Origin: a virus
IMG/VR virus record: IMGVR_UViG_3300044612_000719
Location: 1 to 64,000 of that record
DNA length: 64,000 nucleotides
Strand: one strand, 5' to 3'
Positions 58,276 to 64,000 of the stretch are shown piece after piece. The position numbers and the translations under genes are program-made. Under the pieces are notes generated by a model. The model was not told the DNA's origin and ran no database searches. It saw only the letters and a list, made by a program, of their open reading frames with translations. Within the stretch, counting starts at the first letter, position 1. Each line of letters opens with the position of its first letter.

Positions 58276-58934
58276 TACTTGTCTTCCATACCTGGGAGTT
58301 GGGGTTGATCAAACTTAGGTGCAGGCGCCGTTTGTTCTTTTCTAGGACGCAACGTCTCTTTAAGGAACTGTTTACCTTTCATGACCTCTGACCGTGTGAG
58401 TTCAAACGCATTTACACCTAGTCGGTCAGTTGTGATCCTGTGTACGCTTCCCACCTGACGGGCATACACATCGCCTTCATTGGGGTCCTCATCGGTTTCC
58501 ATTTTAGGGTTCTCATAACTAGGCTTCAATAAACCACGTTCATGTGCATTCTTAGCCAGTTTGCTACTAAAGTTACTTAAACTGTCTGGTGCCACAACCT
58601 GAGCGTTCGGATGGTCTAGTTTGGCTAGTGCCATCACTGTCATCATGTGGGGACGGACACGCTTGTCGGCGTACATGAGGTTGACGTGCAGTTCCTCAGG
58701 TCGGTGCGTGAACAACTCGGTAGCGTTTTTCCTCATCGGGTGACCATCACTATCAAAGTTAGGGTCTTCTCGGGATGGCGTGTGGTACATGCTGGCGTAC
58801 CCGTAAGGATACTGAGGCTTACCCCCTGCTCTAGCGGTCGCCGCCGCATCGGGGGTGTCATGAATAACACCATACGTGGGGTAACTTACGCCGTCACCAT
58901 AACCTTTGTTCGGGTTTTTGAAGTAGCGAGCCAT
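58275..58934 (-). CDS. Hypothetical protein, paralog of 54247-55089; C-terminal DQPQLPG
   Basis: Shared N-terminus MA[RK][YF][FY]K, Y[GS][VI][IV].D, PYG..., TELFT blocks. Confidence 0.7.
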   Translation of the reverse strand: MARYFKNPNKGYGDGVSYPTYGVIHDTPDAAATARAGGKPQYPYGYASMYHTPSREDPNFDSDGHPMRKNATELFTHRPEELHVNLMYADKRVRPHMMTVMALAKLDHPNAQVVAPDSLSNFSSKLAKNAHERGLLKPSYENPKMETDEDPNEGDVYARQVGSVHRITTDRLGVNAFELTRSEVMKGKQFLKETLRPRKEQTAPAPKFDQPQLPGMEDK

Positions 58935-59311
58935 TAGTCTTTATCCCATATTTTACTTACACGGTGCTGTACAGGGATTTCCATGTTTGGATCAATATCG
59001 TGTGCTGTGGCAATACGGTGGTGCCCGTCACTAATCATTTTATGTGGAAACTGTCCGATGTGGGTGATGCTTATAGGCTCTTCTACACCCGTAGTTTGAA
59101 TACTTTCACGATCTGCACCTTTTTTCCATACTTTGTATTTGTATGTACTTTTGTCCTCAGACATGGGTTTTAGGTGCTTCAAGCCCTCAGGGTCAGGGGT
59201 TCTGTCCAGATTCAATATAGGCCATGAGTCACCAGCGTGTACATTCATCAGTTCACGGGCAGGCATGAACATTTGCAATTGTTCGTGGTTGAGGCTCTCG
59301 TGTGCCGCCAT
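58934..59311 (-). CDS. ParB/Srx-like protein with N-terminal AHESLNHEQL tag
   Basis: SIQTTGVEEPI...ISDGHHRIATA...IPV. Confidence 0.78.
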   Translation of the reverse strand: MAAHESLNHEQLQMFMPARELMNVHAGDSWPILNLDRTPDPEGLKHLKPMSEDKSTYKYKVWKKGADRESIQTTGVEEPISITHIGQFPHKMISDGHHRIATAHDIDPNMEIPVQHRVSKIWDKD

Positions 59312-59469
59312 TACTTCTTCTTCCGTTCCTGTTTTTGCTTATTCTTCTCTAGCAGGTACTCAGGGTCACGCTTAGTAAAGCCTGCGGCTTGATGGATCTC
59401 GGAGCGGGGCACAGGCTCACCATCTACCCATACGTAGTCATTGAACTGTTGTCCGTCTAGGCGTGGCAT
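59311..59469 (-). CDS. 52-aa protein with N-terminal LDGQQF tag
   Basis: Read by hand: MPRLDGQQFNDYVWVDGEPVPRSEIH...KQERKKK; TATACT 6 nt upstream; TAATG coupling. Confidence 0.75.
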   Translation of the reverse strand: MPRLDGQQFNDYVWVDGEPVPRSEIHQAAGFTKRDPEYLLEKNKQKQERKKK

Positions 59470-59486
59470 TTACCTAGTATAGATGG

Positions 59487-59885
59487 TTACTTACGTGGGG
59501 GAAGAGTGTCACCTGTAGATTTAGCCCAAGCGTCGCCTTCTGGGGTGCGCTGGGGGGAATGGCTTGGGATAGGTATAACGCCTTTAGAAGCCCTGGCAAC
59601 GGTTTGAGAATGCTTCAGTGCCGCTGTAGCCAAACCTTTTCTACGATGTTCTGGTGACACTTCAATTTCTAAGATTTCAGTAGCAGAATCAGGTCTTTCG
59701 GATTTTTCCCACTCCATGAATCCCACACGTCGTCCACCTTGAGGAAGCCCCAAAGCATCAATACTTCGTGATGTGTCCACGATGTCCGTTCTCCATGTAT
59801 CTGGAGTGGACTCTGGGAGGTCAGGATTAGAGCCAATAGGGTGCGTTCTGAACTGATAGTTGTTCAGGTTGTTCCTAGCAGGCAT
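59487..59885 (-). CDS. GNAT acetyltransferase with N-terminal LNNYQF tag
   Basis: VGFMEW...ILEIEVSPEHRRKGLATAAL...HS..RTPEGDAWA. Confidence 0.82.
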   Translation of the reverse strand: MPARNNLNNYQFRTHPIGSNPDLPESTPDTWRTDIVDTSRSIDALGLPQGGRRVGFMEWEKSERPDSATEILEIEVSPEHRRKGLATAALKHSQTVARASKGVIPIPSHSPQRTPEGDAWAKSTGDTLPPRK

Positions 59886-59891
59886 GTTTCA

Positions 59892-59897
59892 AGTATA
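59892..59897 (-). promoter_or_regulatory. Leftward -10 element TATACT, leaderless start at 59885
   Basis: TATACT-N6-ATG, the same spacing as 11 other sites in the window. Confidence 0.7.
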
Positions 59898-60022
59898 GGG
59901 CTATTTGGGCGAGGTGGGTGGTCCGTCGGATTTTTGAATGGGGCTATTGGGCAGTTGAGCGTTGGGTGGGGCCTCTGTCCTACCCCCAGCCCCGCCACCA
60001 CGGCTCGCTTAACCATGGGGGG

Positions 60023-60123
60023 TTATCCACAGCCCGCACCCATACTGGGCATGGCTTTGCTGAGTTATCCACAGGTACTCCTGTGTACATCCTGTGGATA
60101 CCGTGGAACATCGCTGTGGAACA
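60023..60123. promoter_or_regulatory. Cluster of DnaA-box-like sites
   Basis: Perfect TTATCCACA at 60023 and 60065; inverted near-matches TGTGGATAC (60093) and TGTGGAACA (60115), plus weaker ones at 60082 and 60102. Confidence 0.6.
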
Positions 60124-60144
60124 TTGAGGGCGAACCCACGTTCG

Positions 60145-60176
60145 TATGACGTTCGTCACGTGTGACGTTCGTCACG
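60145..60176. repeat. Tandem 16-bp palindromic repeat resembling CRP/GlxR sites
   Basis: TATGACGTTCGTCACG followed directly by TGTGACGTTCGTCACG (consensus TGTGA-N6-TCACA). Confidence 0.6.
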
Positions 60177-60673
60177 CCATTGTTACAACTTCATGACAAT
60201 GTGCCCGAAATGCTTGACAAATGGAAAATGCCCTCAGACGCATCAGGAGCCATTCTCAGAGGAGGAGAGGCGGGTGCAAGGGGTCAAGGCGGACACAGGT
60301 ACAAAGTACCCTCAGAGAGCGCCTCGTATGCCTAGGAATGGGGCTATGAGCCTTACGGTGCATGGGTTTGCGGGGTATGGGTAGGTTGTACACATGCCCC
60401 ACAAGCCCCCGTATTGCTATCCACTGCACCATCGCTCCATTCCACGTATTGCACGCAACACAGCGCATCCTGAAGCGTCTCAGAGCATTCTGCAGTGTTC
60501 ATTGATCAATTGAATTCTCTGCCCATTCCATGCCTTCTCCTGCTTCTCCTGTATCTCCTCCTCCATCCGATGGATGGCTGGTCGTTGGGGGCGCCCAATT
60601 CCAGCCCTAGATCCGCTCCAGCCCTTACGGGGCTTGGCTCGGAAGATTCTCAGGAATTGTTTGAATTTGGTCG

Positions 60674-60702
60674 TTGCTATTCGTACACCCATCCACTAGC
60701 CT
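60674..60702 (+). promoter_or_regulatory. Probable early sigma70-type promoter
   Basis: TTGCTA-17 nt-TAGCCT, upstream of the structured leader and the plus-strand genes. Confidence 0.6.
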
Positions 60703-60745
60703 CCAGTCAGGAGTTGCGTTGCGGTACGGGGCGCAGTCTCCTGAG

Positions 60746-60765
60746 GTTCCTTGAAAATTGAAGAG
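60746..60765 (+). promoter_or_regulatory. rrn-leader boxA-like element
   Basis: GTTCCTTGAAAATTGAAGAG resembles Gram-positive/actinobacterial rRNA leader boxA (GTTCYTTGARAACT...), preceded by a hairpin at 60707-60744. Confidence 0.6.
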
Positions 60766-60766
60766 C

Positions 60767-60946
60767 GCCCGAATTGCTTCGGCAAAAATGCACGCATGCA
60801 TGTGGCACGTCCCCGAGTCCGCTCGGTCGGCTCGTGCCTTGCAGAGATGGCTTCAACGGATCCATGCATGCCCGCCACGGGGGAATTGAACAACAGTCCC
60901 TCACGGCGCATTACTCAACGGCTCAAACCGTTCGCTGACTTCGGGC
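60767..60946 (+). ncRNA. Candidate ~180-nt multibranched structured RNA
   Basis: Nested helices read by eye: 60767-73/60940-46, UUCG hairpin 60774-85, 60787-91/60908-12, 60794-802/60863-71, 60804-09/60833-38, 60813-17/60822-26, 60879-84/60897-902, 60917-21/60928-32. Confidence 0.6.
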
Positions 60947-60967
60947 ACATGGTTCAAATTCCTCAGC

Positions 60968-61047
60968 GTCACGGGTCATCTTCGGATGGCTCGTGGCGCT
61001 CATAGAGCACTGGGGTTCATCCCCTGACTCCAGTGCTGTATGAGCGC
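60968..61047 (+). promoter_or_regulatory. Double-hairpin leader element A (UUCG hairpin plus long hairpin)
   Basis: GTCACGGGTCATC-TTCG-GATGGCTCGTGGC then GCGCTCATAGAGCACTGGGG...CTCCAGTGCTGTATGAGCGC. Confidence 0.7.
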
Positions 61048-61098
61048 AGAGCGCTCCGCTGGCAACCAGCCAGCGCAGTCCTGAGGAGGACACACACC

Positions 61099-61617
61099 AT
61101 GAAAGCAACACGACAGCAACTACTCAATCTCGGAGCCAGCATCCTGAGCACTGCCTATGAAGGCGGGTCTTGCGGAATGGCTTCATGGGCAGTTGCCAAT
61201 GGCACCTACAAGTGGGGCACGGAGAAGGGCGAAGGCGAATTGCACGGCAACGAGCACTACGCATCAGTCACCGTGTACGACACCGAAGCGTGCGAGTTGG
61301 TGGAAGACGAAGCCGAATTGGCGAAGTTGACCGATGACGATGGCTTCAATGGCTGGGGCGGGTTCTACCGCTTCGGCAAGCCACTCGTGATCAATGAGTC
61401 CATCATTGCTGACTTCATTGAGAAGATCGGCACAGGTGAGTTCAATCAGGACAATGTGCCTGACTACGGTCAACTGTCAATCAAGCGGGTGAGTGCCCTT
61501 GCAGGGTGCTACCTGTTCGGTGAAGACGCCATTGACGAATTTGAGTCCGACAATGACTGCATCGTGTCTGACACCATCGTGCAGTTCATCCTGCTCGGTG
61601 AGGTCACATACGGCTGA
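61099..61617 (+). CDS. Early acidic hypothetical protein
   Basis: GAGGAGG SD before ATG 61099; TAYEGG...W and D.IVQF.LLGEV.YG motifs. Confidence 0.8.
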   Translation: MKATRQQLLNLGASILSTAYEGGSCGMASWAVANGTYKWGTEKGEGELHGNEHYASVTVYDTEACELVEDEAELAKLTDDDGFNGWGGFYRFGKPLVINESIIADFIEKIGTGEFNQDNVPDYGQLSIKRVSALAGCYLFGEDAIDEFESDNDCIVSDTIVQFILLGEVTYG

Positions 61618-61623
61618 TCAATC

Positions 61624-61682
61624 CCCCAGCGCCTAGGGCGTGGCTCTTCAATGAGCACTGGGGACTGTGAGCAACCGCTCAC
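61624..61682 (+). ncRNA. tRNA-like three-way-junction element, copy 1
   Basis: CCCCAG/CTGGGG enclosing CGCC-TAG-GGCG and GCTC-TTCAAT-GAGC, then ACT and a hairpin; covaries with copy 2. Confidence 0.72.
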
Positions 61683-61708
61683 TACAACGACCTGAGGAGG
61701 TCAACACC

Positions 61709-62116
61709 ATGAACACACTCACCAAACTGTACGAGATTCGTTTCTCGGGAACGGTTGAATGCGATATGGAGCCGATCATGCACGACATTGCAGTCGCAAT
61801 TGATAAGGGCACGCTGGAAGAGAGCGACAAGGCGTTTGCCGAGTTCGTAATGGCTCCACAGCGGATCGTGGTCAAGCGTCAAGGTAACAACACCTACGCA
61901 GTGGATCTGTCCATTGAGGGCGTGATCGCATTCGCCAAAGAGGTTGCCTATCGCAAAGAAAATGCGATTGACATCCGTACCGAGGAGGGCAGTTATGACC
62001 GAAACGGTTACAACTACCACACCAAAGTGATCCGTCAACTTGACACCGCATTGAAGGGCGCCAACAAGGTGCTCGCCAGTGTCGGTATCGCTCCAGTGAC
62101 TTCATACTGGAATTGA
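61709..62116 (+). CDS. Early hypothetical protein
   Basis: GAGGAGG SD before ATG 61709. Confidence 0.8.
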   Translation: MNTLTKLYEIRFSGTVECDMEPIMHDIAVAIDKGTLEESDKAFAEFVMAPQRIVVKRQGNNTYAVDLSIEGVIAFAKEVAYRKENAIDIRTEEGSYDRNGYNYHTKVIRQLDTALKGANKVLASVGIAPVTSYWN

Positions 62117-62141
62117 GTGATTGAGTGACCTAGTCACTCAC

Positions 62142-62197
62142 CCCTAGCGCCTCGGGCGTGCCGATTCAATTCGGACTAGGGACTGGGCAAATAGCCC
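62142..62197 (+). ncRNA. tRNA-like three-way-junction element, copy 2
   Basis: CCCTAG/CTAGGG enclosing CGCC-TCG-GGCG and CCGA-TTCAAT-TCGG, then ACT and a hairpin. Confidence 0.72.
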
Positions 62198-62221
62198 TCG
62201 GAGCAGAGGAGGCTCCATACC

Positions 62222-62758
62222 ATGAAAACATCAGAGATAAAGCAGATAATTGCAAAGGATCCGAACGCTGTGTTTCGCATTGGCGGACGTGGTCGGTACA
62301 CGCACTACGGCTCAATCACCAAGATTGAGGAGAAGGTCGTGGACACCTACAGCGCATGGGGTCGTAAGTCAGGCACCCGTGTTGATGTGCGATTCACAGT
62401 GCGTTACGAGTACTTCACTCGTGGCGTTGAGGCTCAGTTTGGTTACCCCGAGAAGTTGCCTTCAGTGATACTGGACGGAAACTCGTGGACTAAGCCACGT
62501 GACATTGAATGGCACGTAGCGGACTTCGGTATGACCATTGAGGAGTACGTAGCAAAGACTGATGCTGAAGTGAAGGCGGATTGGCAAGCCAAGAAGGACG
62601 ACCAATACGCAAAGCAACAGCAGGTCAATGCGATCATCCGACACATCAGTAGCCCAACGGTTACCGATGCCGAGTGGAACGAACTCAACGATGATCTAGA
62701 GCGACTCAGTGTTCAGACATTGCAATTAATCAATCAGAAGATCGCATCACTTGTGTGA
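62222..62758 (+). CDS. Early hypothetical protein
   Basis: GAGGAGG SD; ORF track. Confidence 0.8.
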   Translation: MKTSEIKQIIAKDPNAVFRIGGRGRYTHYGSITKIEEKVVDTYSAWGRKSGTRVDVRFTVRYEYFTRGVEAQFGYPEKLPSVILDGNSWTKPRDIEWHVADFGMTIEEYVAKTDAEVKADWQAKKDDQYAKQQQVNAIIRHISSPTVTDAEWNELNDDLERLSVQTLQLINQKIASLV

Positions 62759-62769
62759 TGTGGTCGGGA

Positions 62770-62835
62770 GCATCACGGGTTCGCCCGTGGTGCCCTCACA
62801 GTGCATCGGCGTTGTGTCGGTGCATTGTGAGGGCA
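62770..62835 (+). promoter_or_regulatory. Double-hairpin leader element B
   Basis: GCATCACGGG-TTCG-CCCGTGGTGC then TGCCCTCACAGTGCATCGGC-GTTGT-GTCGGTGCATTGTGAGGGCA. Confidence 0.7.
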
Positions 62836-62876
62836 TACAATTGCCCGTTCAACTAACAGACCCGAGGAGGTCAACC

Positions 62877-63131
62877 ATGGATGCAAGTATTCACAAAGTA
62901 ACTGGGTTTCGGATTGAGAAGTCCGATGACCCACGACTCAAGACAATTGATCTCGTGATTCAATACGAGGATTTGTCGTTTGTTCGTTCCCAATATGAGA
63001 ACGGCAGTGAGTCATTCGGTTACGCAAAATTGGAGTCCACGATCACGCTGTTCATCAGTGACACCGTTGACATGGACGTGGTGGTGTGGCAAGCAATTGC
63101 AAACCTCACTTCCGATCTTGCCAATAGGTGA
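62877..63131 (+). CDS. Early hypothetical protein
   Basis: GAGGAGG SD before ATG 62877 (MDASIHKV). Confidence 0.75.
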   Translation: MDASIHKVTGFRIEKSDDPRLKTIDLVIQYEDLSFVRSQYENGSESFGYAKLESTITLFISDTVDMDVVVWQAIANLTSDLANR

Positions 63132-63148
63132 GTAATCCGCAGTGGGCA

Positions 63149-63213
63149 GTCATGGCGCAAGCCATGGCGTGCTCGGAGTGCACTGATCCCCCATCGGTGC
63201 ATTCCGAGGACGC
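63149..63213 (+). promoter_or_regulatory. Double-hairpin leader element C
   Basis: GTCATGGC-GCAA-GCCATGGC then CTCGGAGTGCACTGAT-CCCCC-ATCGGTGCATTCCGAG. Confidence 0.7.
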
Positions 63214-63254
63214 AAGTCCATTCACATTCCCTAACTGAAACTTGAGGAGGTTTT

Positions 63255-63971
63255 ATGGGAGCAATAACACCAAAGCAACAGGCATTCATTCGCACGATGC
63301 TCTTAGAGCGTGCTGTCACACTCGGTCTTGATGAGGCTGGTGTTGACCAGTACCTCGTAGATCAGAACGTGAATGCATTGTCAACTAAGGATGCTTCGCT
63401 CGTCATTGATGCGATCAAGAAGATTGAGATCAAGCGAGTGGGCACCGAGCACCTGCCGAAGGGTGATCGCACCATCGTCAACAAGATCGCCAAGCCATGC
63501 CAACTGTGCGGACACACCGTGCAGATCGGTCATGGCTGGAGCGTTCAAGTTGCCAGTGGCTGGCAGACATTCCACAAGGCTGGTGAGTGTTCAGCCGAGG
63601 TCATCGCCAAGCCAGTAGATGAGCAATCGCTCTTCGCTGATGTCAAGGATGGCTTCTATGCGTTGCAGTCAACGGGCACCAATGATCTCGTGTTCTATGC
63701 GATCAAGACCAACAAGGGCTACCACAATGCGAGCCTGAAGGGTCAACGTGGCATGTACATCGTGGTCGGCGGTCACGCTGACGAGAAGTTGCGTGGCGAG
63801 CGCTTGGTCAATTCAATCAAGCGCATCACGTCACTCAGTGAGGATGAACGCAAGCAAGCAATGACGCTGTACGGTCAGGAGATCGGGCGCTGTTGTGTGT
63901 GCGGTCGTCATCTCACTGATGAAGCAACACGCAAGGCTGGTATCGGCAACGACTGCGCAAGCAGGTTCTAG
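63255..63971 (+). CDS. Early protein with zinc-finger and C-terminal DUF6011-like domain
   Basis: CQLCG...H...C; YG.EIGRCCVCGRHLTD..TR..GIG.DC. Confidence 0.8.
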   Translation: MGAITPKQQAFIRTMLLERAVTLGLDEAGVDQYLVDQNVNALSTKDASLVIDAIKKIEIKRVGTEHLPKGDRTIVNKIAKPCQLCGHTVQIGHGWSVQVASGWQTFHKAGECSAEVIAKPVDEQSLFADVKDGFYALQSTGTNDLVFYAIKTNKGYHNASLKGQRGMYIVVGGHADEKLRGERLVNSIKRITSLSEDERKQAMTLYGQEIGRCCVCGRHLTDEATRKAGIGNDCASRF

Positions 63972-63979
63972 GTAGTCAC

Positions 63980-64000
63980 GTCACGGGCACACGCTCGTGG
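63980..64000 (+). promoter_or_regulatory. Start of another leader hairpin (truncated by the window end)
   Basis: GTCACGGGC-ACAC-GCTCGTGG, same arms as element A. Confidence 0.5.

Noticed and set aside
59841-61098. Short ORFs on both strands in the divergence region (e.g. 59841, 60193, 60495, 60751) and the 61033 upstream start
   Set aside because: No convincing SD or leaderless promoter and no protein-like motifs. The sequence is better explained by regulatory sites and RNA structure.
61624-62197. Bona fide tRNA genes
   Set aside because: Only ~40 nt core, no D or anticodon arms and no CCA. No complete tRNA was recognised anywhere in the window.
60700-63250. Known self-cleaving ribozyme such as hammerhead
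   Set aside because: No CUGANGA/GAAA core in a suitable helical context was found by eye. An Infernal search is still needed.
60968-64000. CRISPR array or intrinsic terminators
   Set aside because: The repeats are degenerate, separated by whole genes and lack U-tracts.
1-64000. Alternative genetic code (stop-codon reassignment)
   Set aside because: Core genes are full length under the standard bacterial code, and TAA, TAG and TGA all serve as stops at tight gene junctions.

Overview
The window is a 64-kb section of a large contractile-tailed (myovirus-like) phage genome. The host is most likely an actinobacterium, inferred from an Rpf-like domain in the tape measure, 12 leaderless TANNNT-N6-start promoters and an actinobacterial rrn-leader-like boxA. 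Positions 1-59.9 kb are almost all minus-strand, late-type genes. They include baseplate/tail (621-14074), neck and head genes (N4-gp56-type major capsid, scaffold, portal), an accessory block with an HslV/proteasome-beta-like protease, metallophosphoesterase and Gp88-like protein, terminase large subunit, KTSC protein and M15 endolysin. Next come an ~18-kb array of modular fibre/adhesin genes (31.3-49.2 kb), a mucin-like surface protein and modification enzymes. At 53.8-59.9 kb lies an array of unrelated small proteins (GNAT, ParB-like, zincin) that share an N-terminal L-[NSGD]-x(1-2)-Q-[FL] tag and, in three cases, a C-terminal Q-x-x-LPG tag. At ~59.9-60.7 kb the strand and composition switch across a non-coding region holding DnaA-box-like and CRP-like sites. 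The plus-strand early region starts with a promoter, an rrn-like boxA and a ~180-nt structured RNA candidate enclosed in a stalk. Every early gene is then preceded by one of two recurring RNA structures. The best candidates for undescribed biology are (1) the tagged cargo-protein array, (2) the early-region RNA architecture and (3) the junction pattern of the segmented fibre genes. All family assignments come from motif recognition by eye; no database searches or folding programs were run.
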